NCBI GenBank assembly: GCA_964558655.1 | Contig: CAZLEX010000002.1 | Coordinates: 1,600-65,599 of the forward strand | Direction of reading: 5' to 3' | DNA from: an uncultured Oscillospiraceae bacterium | GTDB taxonomy: Bacteria > Bacillota > Clostridia > Oscillospirales > SIG627 | Length of the DNA: 64,000 nucleotides | Shown here: positions 47,910 through 58,041 of the stretch, in pieces | Position numbering within the stretch: position 1 is the first letter of the stretch | Layout of the letters: each line of letters begins with the position of its first letter | The notes under the pieces: model-generated | Told to the model about the DNA's origin: nothing | What the model saw: only the letters and a program-made list of their open reading frames with translations | Databases searched by the model: none | Position numbers and translations under genes: made by a program

Positions 47910-48953
47910 TTGGAGTTAAATGACAGAAAAAAGAAGATATTAAAGTCGATAGTCGACACATATATTTTGTCGGGAGAGCCTGTCGGTTCAAAATATCTTT
48001 CGGATTCTATCGGGCTTAATGTTTCGCCGGCAACAATCAGAAACGAAATGAGCGAGCTTGAGCGACTTGGGCTTTTGGAACAGCCTCACACCTCAGCGGG
48101 AAGAGTTCCCTCAAGTCACGGATTCAGAGTATATGTCGAAAATCTCATGAACGATTATTATCTTTCAATTGAAGAAATATCGGTTTTAAATGAGATAATG
48201 AATTCAAAGATAAAGAGATTGAACACGGTCATCGAGGACATTACGAGAGTTTTGTCGGAAATGACGGATTACACGGCTTTTGCTTACACTGAGAAGAGTA
48301 CGGCTATAACCGTAAAGCATTTTGAGGGAGTGCTTCTTACAAAAAATTCATTCCTTCTTGTTATGGTAACTTCTTCCGACAATGTCAAAACACAGCAGGT
48401 AAAAAGCGAATATACTATTAATTCCGAAATACTCGGACAGCTGTTGAAAGTGCTTAACGAAAATCTTGCCGGAGTGACGGTCGATTCGATAAGTATGGAA
48501 ATCTTCTACAAAATGCAGGATATTCTCGGAGTTTACGCCGACATTCTTATGGGGATAATCAAAAATGTGATATCCGTTATACGCGAAGAGGAAGAATGTA
48601 AAGTTTATCTTGACGGAATGTCAAATCTTTTGAAGTATCCCGATTTTTCCGATATAGAAAAAACGCGTACAGTACTTTCACTTCTTGAAGAAAAGCAGGA
48701 ATTGCTTTCACTTATAAGTAAAAACTCGGGAGACCGCGAAGGACTGAATGTTCTTATCGGTGACAAAAATTTGCGTGAAGGGCTTGACCAAACAAGTTTT
48801 GTTTATCATAAATTCAACATAGGCGATAATATGACGGGCGTTTTCGGACTTATAGGTCCGCACCGAATGGACTATTCGGGAGTTATCGCACGGCTTGAAT
48901 ATGTTGTTAAAAATTTAATCGGAGAAAATCCGCCGAAAAATAATGACGATTAG
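47910..48953 (+). CDS. hrcA: heat-inducible transcriptional repressor HrcA
   Basis: LELNDRKKKILKSIVDTYILSGEPVGSK... I prefer TTG 47910 (5 nt after GGAGGGGA) because the track's GTG 47877 lies inside CIRCE. Confidence 0.9.
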   Translation: MELNDRKKKILKSIVDTYILSGEPVGSKYLSDSIGLNVSPATIRNEMSELERLGLLEQPHTSAGRVPSSHGFRVYVENLMNDYYLSIEEISVLNEIMNSKIKRLNTVIEDITRVLSEMTDYTAFAYTEKSTAITVKHFEGVLLTKNSFLLVMVTSSDNVKTQQVKSEYTINSEILGQLLKVLNENLAGVTVDSISMEIFYKMQDILGVYADILMGIIKNVISVIREEEECKVYLDGMSNLLKYPDFSDIEKTRTVLSLLEEKQELLSLISKNSGDREGLNVLIGDKNLREGLDQTSFVYHKFNIGDNMTGVFGLIGPHRMDYSGVIARLEYVVKNLIGENPPKNNDD

Positions 48954-48970
48954 TTACGAAAGGACAGAAT

Positions 48971-49498
48971 ATGGGCGAAAACATGAAAGATATTCCCGAA
49001 ACTCAGGATACGGAAGAGATTTCCGTCAATGAAGAGGAGGAAAAAGCCGAAGAGACGGAAGAAAACGGAAATACTGCCGCAAATGACGAATATAAAGATT
49101 TGTATGACAAGTATTTACGCCTTCTTGCCGAATTCGATAATTTCAAAAAGCGTACACAGAAAGAAAAAGAGAGCATATATTTTTCTGCAAAATCAGATGT
49201 GGTCTCTTCTCTTCTCCCGGTTATAGATAATTTTGACCGTGCGGAAAAAATTATCGAAGACGAAGCGGTCGCAGAGGGAGTGCGTTTAATTCACAAACAG
49301 TTTGACGAGTTTTTGAAAAAACTCGGAGTTGAGGAAATTCCCGCACAGGACTGTGAATTCGATCCCAATTTTCATTCGGCTGTAGTGCACGAAGAGGTTG
49401 AGGGAGGTCCGGAAAATACCGTTTCCGAAGTGCTTCAAAAAGGTTACAAACTCGGAGACCGTGTAATACGGCACGCAATGGTTAAGGTGATAAATTAG
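48971..49498 (+). CDS. grpE: nucleotide exchange factor GrpE
   Basis: Acidic N-terminus, YLRLLAEFDNFKKR, and a C-terminal GYKLGDRVIRHAMVKV block. Confidence 0.93.
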   Translation: MGENMKDIPETQDTEEISVNEEEEKAEETEENGNTAANDEYKDLYDKYLRLLAEFDNFKKRTQKEKESIYFSAKSDVVSSLLPVIDNFDRAEKIIEDEAVAEGVRLIHKQFDEFLKKLGVEEIPAQDCEFDPNFHSAVVHEEVEGGPENTVSEVLQKGYKLGDRVIRHAMVKVIN

Positions 49499-49507
49499 CT
49501 TGAATGA

Positions 49508-51394
<1,887 letters not shown>

Positions 51395-51403
51395 TAATAC
51401 GGT

Positions 51404-51428
51404 TTGAGGGGCTGAAAATGCCCCTCAA
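51404..51428 (+). other. stem-loop between dnaK and dnaJ (no T tract)
   Basis: TTGAGGGGC-N7-GCCCCTCAA. It may be a partial attenuator or a processing/stability element. Confidence 0.4.
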
Positions 51429-51463
51429 TAGTCATGTTTTAGAAAGGACATAATCCAGGACAT

Positions 51464-52609
51464 ATGGCACAGAAACGAGACTATTACGAAGTACTCGGAG
51501 TGAGTAAAAGTGCGAGTGCCGATGAAATAAAAAAGGCTTTTCGCAAACTTGCAAAAAAATATCATCCCGATATGAATCCGGGTGATGCTACATGCGAGGA
51601 AAAATTTAAAGAAGTTAACGAGGCATACGAAGTGCTCTCGGATTCCGAAAAAAAGGATTTGTACGACAAGTACGGTCACGACGGACTTGATCCCAACTTT
51701 AACGCGGGCGGATTCGGTGGCGGCGGATTTGGCGGATTCGGCATGGATTTTGATATGGGAGATATTTTCTCCAATATTTTCGGCGGCGGATTTTCTCAAG
51801 GATCTTCCCGTCGCGGTCCCGCACGAGGAAGTGACATAGGTGTACGCGTTATGCTTTCCTTTGAAGAGGCGGCAAAGGGTTGTAAAAAAGATGTTACATT
51901 TACCAAAGTCGATGCCTGTTCGGAATGTGGAGGAAGCGGAGCCGCCAAAGGTTCATATCCCGAAACTTGCCCGAAATGTCAGGGAACCGGGCAGGTCAGA
52001 GTTCAGCAAAGGACCGCTTTCGGTATTATGCAGTCAACCCATTCATGCGATAACTGTCACGGCAAGGGAACAATTATAAAGAATCCCTGTAAGAAATGCG
52101 GTGGCAACGGAGTTGAAAAGAAGACAAAGACTTTCGAGGTAAATATACCTGCCGGTATCGACAATCTTCAAAGGGTTGTTGCGCGCGGGCAGGGTAATGT
52201 CGCTCCAAACGGCGGCGTTGCCGGAGACCTTGTTGTCGAGGTAGGTATTCGTCCTCACCCGATTTTCGAACGGGACGGGTACAATATTTACTGTGATGTT
52301 CCCATAAGTTTCACTGAGGCGGCACTTGGTGCAACCGTTTCCATACCGACACTTGACGGCGATTACAGTTATAAAATTCCGGAGGGAACTCAAACGGGTT
52401 CGACCGTCACCCTCAGAGGAAAAGGTATACAGATTCTTAATTCCCGTTCACGCGGAGATCTTATCTTCAAGGTTACGGTTGAGGTTCCGAAAAATTTAAG
52501 CGAGACACAGAAAAAGCTTCTTCGCGAATTTGAACAAAGCTGTGACGATCACAATTTGTCGGCAAAGGCTACATTTAAAGAAAAAATAAAGAATATATTT
52601 AAAAAGTAA
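51464..52609 (+). CDS. dnaJ: co-chaperone DnaJ
   Basis: J-domain with HPD (KKYHPDMNP), a G/F-rich linker and four CxxCxGxG repeats. Confidence 0.96.
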   Translation: MAQKRDYYEVLGVSKSASADEIKKAFRKLAKKYHPDMNPGDATCEEKFKEVNEAYEVLSDSEKKDLYDKYGHDGLDPNFNAGGFGGGGFGGFGMDFDMGDIFSNIFGGGFSQGSSRRGPARGSDIGVRVMLSFEEAAKGCKKDVTFTKVDACSECGGSGAAKGSYPETCPKCQGTGQVRVQQRTAFGIMQSTHSCDNCHGKGTIIKNPCKKCGGNGVEKKTKTFEVNIPAGIDNLQRVVARGQGNVAPNGGVAGDLVVEVGIRPHPIFERDGYNIYCDVPISFTEAALGATVSIPTLDGDYSYKIPEGTQTGSTVTLRGKGIQILNSRSRGDLIFKVTVEVPKNLSETQKKLLREFEQSCDDHNLSAKATFKEKIKNIFKK

Positions 52610-52649
52610 TTTAAAGTTTGCTCAAGTTATTCGGAAAGACGGAAAAATG

Positions 52650-52684
52650 CCGTGCATAATTTTGCACGGTTATTTTCTTTTTGT
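52650..52684 (+). terminator. rho-independent terminator after dnaJ
   Basis: CCGTGC-N8-GCACGG followed by TTATTTTCTTTTT. Confidence 0.65.
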
Positions 52685-52753
52685 GTTTTAAGACGCAAAT
52701 TCATTGATTTTATTTTTTGCATATGGTAGAATAAAAAAGGGGAGGCGATTAAT

Positions 52754-55700
52754 ATGTCGGAAAAAATCAATTTTACGCCCGATCAGATGCTTGCGATAAA
52801 TACAGAGGGGAGGGATATACTTGTAAGTGCCGCGGCGGGAAGCGGTAAGACGGCGGTGCTCACAAAGCGTGTGCTTAACAGATTAGTCAGCTCTTCCCAA
52901 AAAGCCGATATTACGGATTTCTTGGTGGTGACATTTACGGTTTCGGCCGCCGCCGATTTGAAAAAGAAGTTATCCGAAGGTATCCGTGATGAAATGAAGT
53001 GTGACGGAGCCGATATCTCAAGGCTTCGCCGTCAGCTTTTGTCGCTTTCGTATGCCAAAATCGCCACGATAGATTCATTTTGCCGTTTTATTGTTAAAGA
53101 CTGTTCGCAGGATTTGGGATTGCCATCCGGAATGAATTTGGCAGACGAGGACGAAATAAAGGCACTTGCAAAAGAAATAATGGACGAAACGGTTGAAAAA
53201 TTTTATGCCGAAAGCGGAGAAGACAGTGACTTTTTGCTGCTTGCCGAAACTTTTTCCGATGCAAGAGGCGACGCAAATCTTGTTCCGTCGCTTTTGCTCA
53301 TATATGACCGTATAATGCAATATCCCGCTCCCATGTCGCTACTCGGTGAAAATTTAGCTGATTTGAAAAGTATATTGGCACTGAGAGGCAAAGAATCTGT
53401 TTTTTCCACTTCTCTCTTATCGTCTCTTAGAGACGATATAAAAGAAAAACTGTTTTTGGCAAGCAAATTTTTCAGTGAAGCAAAGAAATTGTGCGAGCTT
53501 GATGAAGATGCGTGGAATAAATATCTCCCCGTAATCGAAAAAGACGAAGAATTTGTAAAAAGCCTAAAAGAAGCCCTTGATGTTTCATACGATGAATTTA
53601 ACAAAATTCTTCGGCTTAACATTCACGATAATATGCCGCAAATTCGAGGCAGAAGTACAGATGAAGTGCTTGAGCGTATAAAGTCAATGAGGAAATCCGG
53701 CCGTGACATTATTTCATCATTGATCAAGAAATTAGGCGTGGAAAGCGAAGAGGAAATTTTCAGTCAGCTTGAAATACATATAAAAGTTCTTGAAGCGGCA
53801 AATAAAGTTATATGTGACTTTCACGAAGCTTTTACCGAAGAAAAGAAAAAGCAAAGAATAATGAATTTTTCGGATATGAGTCACTACGCTCTTTCGGCTC
53901 TTGTTGTCGAGGGAAGTTATGACAGAAAGAACGGCACTTTTGAAAAAACACCCTATGCAAAAGCTTTGACGGAGAGTTTTTCTCAGATACTTATCGACGA
54001 ATATCAAGATGTAAACGAATTGCAGGATTTGATATTCCGTGCGGTTTCAAATTCTAAAAATCGCTTCATGGTAGGGGATATCAAGCAAAGCATTTATGCT
54101 TTCAGAGGTGCAACTCCCGAAATTTTCGAGCATTACCGCGATGTATTTTTGCCTATTACATCTTCCGATGACAAAAGCGACGCTCCGGGAACCGTGTTCC
54201 TGCAAAACAATTACCGTTCAGACGGCTCCATAATCGATTTTACAAATGCTGTCTTTTCAAAATTGATGAATCACGATGAAAAAAAATATCTTGAAAAAGA
54301 CGAGCTTGTTTTTTCAAAGAAAGAGGACGCTCACAATCCCGTAGAACTCGTTCTCTTTGAAGACGAAAAAAGCGACGAACAAAATTCCGAAGCCGAATAT
54401 GTTGCCGACGAAATTATCAAGCTTACATCTTCCGGCGAGTGTAAATATTCCGATATCGCAATACTTGCACATAACAGAGCGACGCTTGAAAAAATGAAAG
54501 AAGTTTTTGACGAGAAAAAAATCCCGTGCGAAAACACCGACAAAAGCGGATTTTTCGAATCTTATGAAATCCTTTCTCTTATTTCTTTCTTGAGGGCGGT
54601 ATCCAATCCGACCGATGATTTGGCTTTGGCGACGGCTATGACTACTTTGCCGTTTACATTTTCTCCCGACGAACTTTTTGAAATAAGAAAATACGATAAA
54701 AAACGCGGGTATTATTTTGCTCTTGTCAAAGCATCGCTTGAGGAAGGCGAACTCGGAGAAAAGTGCCGGGATTTTCTTGAATTTATCGATTCGATGCAAG
54801 AGTGGTCACAAAATAATTCCTGTGACAGCACTGTTTGGAAAATAATTGAAAGAACAGAGTTCTTCCGTCAGATAAACGCACTTTCGAATCCTGCCGAACG
54901 GCGTGAAAATGTGATTTTGTTTTACGAACTTTCCCGCAAATTTTCACGAGGGGAGTCTAAAAGTATAGGGGCATTTTGCGATTATTTTGAAAATTTCGAG
55001 AAAAGCGGCAGCAAAAAATCCGGTCATAAGAAATTTTCCGATGCGGTAAATCTGTTAACTTTTCACTCGTCAAAGGGATTGCAGTTTCCGGTGGTTTTCG
55101 CTGTTGGACTTGGGGATTGTATAAATAAGTCCGACAGCAGAAATAAAATTGTTTTTTCGCAGTTGGGGCCGTTTTTCGATTTGCCTCATTTGAACCCTTG
55201 CACGCATATAATTTCCTATTTAAGAAAGAGTGCTTCGGTTTCTGTCGAAAAATCGTCTGTCGATGAGGAGCTTCGTATTTTATATGTTGCTTTTACGAGA
55301 GCCGAAAAGCGATTGTACATTACGGCAAAAACAAAGACAGCATCGCTGAAAAAAACGGCTTCCAATGCTTCGATGTGTAAAGAGTTTTTTTCTCATACCG
55401 TAAAAAATGCCGTAACTTTTATTTCGTTTTTGGCAAGTGCCCTACACGAAAATCCGACATTTTTAAAGGCGATTTCGAATGACGCCGAATATGTGCGTGA
55501 AAGTTCTCCCACACTCTGCGTGAGTGTAATAAAAAACGGATTTAAAAGTAAATTATCCGTAACGGAAAAAGAAAAAAATGACGAATTGCATCTAAACCTT
55601 TCGGACGAAGAAATACTGTTTGCCATGCGTGAACTGCCTGAGAAAAAGATTTATTCCGTCCCCTTCAAAATATCGGTTTCCGATTTGAAAGACGGAACAA

Positions 55701-56302
55701 GCGAATACGGCGGGGAGGAAAAGAGCGTGGAATTTGTTTGTGCCCCGCAGTTTATAAATCCTCAAAACGAGGAGTCTTTTGCGTTTGAAGGCACATCTAT
55801 GCACACTTTTATGCAGTTTTGTTCTTTTGACTTGTCGGGAGAAGAAGATTGCCGTCGGGAAGGGAAGAGGCTTGCCGAAGAAGGATTTATTCTTCCCGAA
55901 CACGAAAAATGTCTCGACTATAAAAAACTTGCCCGCTTTTTTGATTCAAACCTCTTTAAGCAGATAAAAGCAAGCAAGAGAGTAGAAAGAGAAAAAAGGT
56001 ATACTCTCAAGATAGGTGCCGATAAATTATTCCGTGATATAAATGCAGATGACAGCGAGAGCGTTCTCATGCAGGGAGTTATCGACTGCTTTTTTGAAAA
56101 TGACGACGGCACGGTTACTTTGGTGGATTTTAAAACCGATAGAGTTAAGAGGGACGGCGGACGCGAAATACTCATTAAAAGACATTCGCGGCAGCTTTGC
56201 CTGTATGCCGAGACGCTGTCACAGATACTTCATAAAGAGGTAAGCAAAATATACATATATTCCTTTGCTCTCGACAGCGAAGTGGAAATAGTCGGATATT
56301 GA
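52754..56302 (+). CDS. addA: ATP-dependent helicase/nuclease AddA-type (UvrD-like SF1 helicase with a C-terminal PD-(D/E)XK nuclease)
   Basis: 1182 aa. FTPDQMLAI..DILVSAAAGSGKTAVL (Walker A), DEYQDVN, and the C-terminal nuclease motif GVIDCFFENDDGTVTLVDFKTD. Confidence 0.85.
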   Translation: MSEKINFTPDQMLAINTEGRDILVSAAAGSGKTAVLTKRVLNRLVSSSQKADITDFLVVTFTVSAAADLKKKLSEGIRDEMKCDGADISRLRRQLLSLSYAKIATIDSFCRFIVKDCSQDLGLPSGMNLADEDEIKALAKEIMDETVEKFYAESGEDSDFLLLAETFSDARGDANLVPSLLLIYDRIMQYPAPMSLLGENLADLKSILALRGKESVFSTSLLSSLRDDIKEKLFLASKFFSEAKKLCELDEDAWNKYLPVIEKDEEFVKSLKEALDVSYDEFNKILRLNIHDNMPQIRGRSTDEVLERIKSMRKSGRDIISSLIKKLGVESEEEIFSQLEIHIKVLEAANKVICDFHEAFTEEKKKQRIMNFSDMSHYALSALVVEGSYDRKNGTFEKTPYAKALTESFSQILIDEYQDVNELQDLIFRAVSNSKNRFMVGDIKQSIYAFRGATPEIFEHYRDVFLPITSSDDKSDAPGTVFLQNNYRSDGSIIDFTNAVFSKLMNHDEKKYLEKDELVFSKKEDAHNPVELVLFEDEKSDEQNSEAEYVADEIIKLTSSGECKYSDIAILAHNRATLEKMKEVFDEKKIPCENTDKSGFFESYEILSLISFLRAVSNPTDDLALATAMTTLPFTFSPDELFEIRKYDKKRGYYFALVKASLEEGELGEKCRDFLEFIDSMQEWSQNNSCDSTVWKIIERTEFFRQINALSNPAERRENVILFYELSRKFSRGESKSIGAFCDYFENFEKSGSKKSGHKKFSDAVNLLTFHSSKGLQFPVVFAVGLGDCINKSDSRNKIVFSQLGPFFDLPHLNPCTHIISYLRKSASVSVEKSSVDEELRILYVAFTRAEKRLYITAKTKTASLKKTASNASMCKEFFSHTVKNAVTFISFLASALHENPTFLKAISNDAEYVRESSPTLCVSVIKNGFKSKLSVTEKEKNDELHLNLSDEEILFAMRELPEKKIYSVPFKISVSDLKDGTSEYGGEEKSVEFVCAPQFINPQNEESFAFEGTSMHTFMQFCSFDLSGEEDCRREGKRLAEEGFILPEHEKCLDYKKLARFFDSNLFKQIKASKRVEREKRYTLKIGADKLFRDINADDSESVLMQGVIDCFFENDDGTVTLVDFKTDRVKRDGGREILIKRHSRQLCLYAETLSQILHKEVSKIYIYSFALDSEVEIVGY

Positions 56303-56432
56303 CGGAAAAATTCCCGAAATGTTATGGTATTTTACGGCGTTTGTTTGAGTTTGTGCTGTATTGAGCATATATACTGTAAAAAATATTTATGGGCAAAGAA
56401 TTTAATTGCCATATGAAAGAGGAGGAATTGTC

Positions 56433-57101
56433 ATGAGAGACGGAATTAGCGATTGGGACAGAATGATTGAGGGAAAACTTTACAATTCGGCAAGCAAGGA
56501 TATTGAAAAACAACATATAAACGGGTTGACAGGCTGTGACAGATTCAACAGAATTCCCGTACGGAGAGCGAAAGCAAAACGGCGGGCATTAGAGAAACTG
56601 ATACCATCGTCAAAAGGAAAAGAATTCGCTGTATTTGCTCCTTTTTACTGTGAATACGGAGTTAATATTCATGTGGGGAAGGAATGTTTTGTCAACTATA
56701 ACTGCATTTTCCTTGATGTTTCTCCGATTACTTTGGGCAACGGCGTTTGGATAGGAGCAAATGTAACATTGGCAACACCGAATCATCCCTTTTTGGCTGA
56801 AGAAAGATTAAATGCAAACTATCCGGACGGATATCATGACCTTGAATATTCGGCACCGATTACCATAAAGGACGGCTGTTGGATTTGCTCCTCCGCAACT
56901 ATCTGCGGAGGTGTGACAATCGGGGAAAACAGTATTGTTGCGGCGGGTTCCGTTGTTCTCAGAGATGTTCCTCCCAACAGCATTGTTGCCGGTGTGCCCG
57001 CAAAGGTGATCCGACAGATAGACGAAACGGATCGAATTAATGTATGGGAAACTTATGTGAAAAACGAAATTCCCGTATCAGCCGGAAAAAAAGAAAAATG
57101 A
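56433..57101 (+). CDS. maltose/galactoside O-acetyltransferase-like hexapeptide-repeat acetyltransferase
   Basis: N-terminal Mac domain (MIEGKLYNS...) followed by left-handed beta-helix repeats (IGANVTL, ICGGVTIGENSIVAAGSVV). The start is ATG 56433 after GAGGAGG. Confidence 0.85.
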   Translation: MRDGISDWDRMIEGKLYNSASKDIEKQHINGLTGCDRFNRIPVRRAKAKRRALEKLIPSSKGKEFAVFAPFYCEYGVNIHVGKECFVNYNCIFLDVSPITLGNGVWIGANVTLATPNHPFLAEERLNANYPDGYHDLEYSAPITIKDGCWICSSATICGGVTIGENSIVAAGSVVLRDVPPNSIVAGVPAKVIRQIDETDRINVWETYVKNEIPVSAGKKEK

Positions 57102-57111
57102 TGCAAAAAGC

Positions 57112-57131
57112 GGCGTGACAAAAGTCACGCC
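57112..57131. terminator. bidirectional terminator between convergent genes
   Basis: GGCGTGAC-AAAA-GTCACGCC. Confidence 0.65.
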
Positions 57132-57161
57132 GTTGATATCTTTATAAAGTAAAGCTAAAAA

Positions 57162-57536
57162 CTATTTTTCATTCATTGATTCATTGAACTTTTTTATTGC
57201 ATAAAACGATTCGTCGGATATATCGTGTTCCATTTTGCAGGCATCATCGAGTGCGTTTTTTTCGTCAACGCCGAGTGCCATGAGAAATTGCGAAAGGACG
57301 GAATGACGCTCAAAAATTTTTTCGGCAATTTGTCTGCCTTCCTCTGTAAGATGCAATGCTCCGTCGGAATCCATTGTCAAAAGCTCTGCGTTTTTCAGAA
57401 TACCTACCGCACGGGAAACACTCGGTTTTGAATATCCCATATGTTCGGCAACATCTATGCTTCTTACAAATGAATTTTTTTTCGACAAAATCAGAATGGT
57501 TTCAAGATACATTTGCCCGGATTCCTCTAAGTGCAT
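57162..57536 (-). CDS. DtxR/MntR-family metal-dependent transcriptional regulator (short form, no SH3 domain)
   Basis: SGQMYLETILIL..VRSIDVAEHMGYSKPSVSRAV.. plus the ERH..L..FL metal-site helix. Divergent from feoA. Confidence 0.85.
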   Translation of the reverse strand: MHLEESGQMYLETILILSKKNSFVRSIDVAEHMGYSKPSVSRAVGILKNAELLTMDSDGALHLTEEGRQIAEKIFERHSVLSQFLMALGVDEKNALDDACKMEHDISDESFYAIKKFNESMNEK

Positions 57537-57632
57537 AACAATACCTCCTTACAATATGTATGTAATTGTACCACGAAATGACGCCTTTTTCAAGCATTAT
57601 AAACAAAAATTAAAAATTTTTCAAAAAAAGTA

Positions 57633-57661
57633 TTGACAAAATAAATTGAGGGTGATAAACT
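57633..57661 (+). promoter_or_regulatory. feoAB promoter
   Basis: TTGACA-17 nt-(TGa)TAAACT extended -10. Confidence 0.55.
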
Positions 57662-57669
57662 TAGATTAA

Positions 57670-57685
57670 GTTAGCGGAGGCTAAC
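57670..57685 (+). promoter_or_regulatory. inverted repeat GTTAGC-GGAG-GCTAAC, candidate operator of the adjacent DtxR-family regulator
   Basis: Perfect 6+6 palindrome 9 nt downstream of the -10. A second GTTAG-N6-CTAAC site lies at 57960. Confidence 0.5.
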
Positions 57686-57715
57686 GGAACTATTTTCATA
57701 AAAAGGAGATTGATT

Positions 57716-57931
57716 ATGACTTTATTGAACGCACAGGAAGAAAAGGAATATGTCATCGAGTCTATCGATACGGACGATGAAGAGCTTGATTCGTTTCTTT
57801 TTTCGTTAGGTTGTTATGTCGGAGAGCCGGTAACCGTTGTGTCTCATCTGAAAGGCGGCTGTGTTGTTTCGATAAAAGACGGCAGATATACAATAGATAA
57901 TCAGTTGGCTGAACTTATAACAGTTAAATAG
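57716..57931 (+). CDS. feoA: ferrous iron transport protein A
   Basis: 72-aa SH3-like FeoA (EYVIESID...GEPVTVVSHLKGGCVVSIKDGRYTI). ATG 57716 lies 7 nt after AAGGAG. Confidence 0.88.
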   Translation: MTLLNAQEEKEYVIESIDTDDEELDSFLFSLGCYVGEPVTVVSHLKGGCVVSIKDGRYTIDNQLAELITVK

Positions 57932-57959
57932 TCCTTACGGATTATTTTTTTGAGCTACG

Positions 57960-57975
57960 GTTAGCCGTGACTAAC
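57960..57975 (+). promoter_or_regulatory. second GTTAG-N6-CTAAC inverted repeat (GTTAGCCGTGACTAAC) between feoA and feoB
   Basis: It has the same half-sites and spacing as 57670-57685. Confidence 0.4.
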
Positions 57976-58041
57976 TCAAACCGTATTTTCGAGGTTAACA
58001 GCCTTTAAAATAACCATATATATTTTTAGGAGGATCATAAC

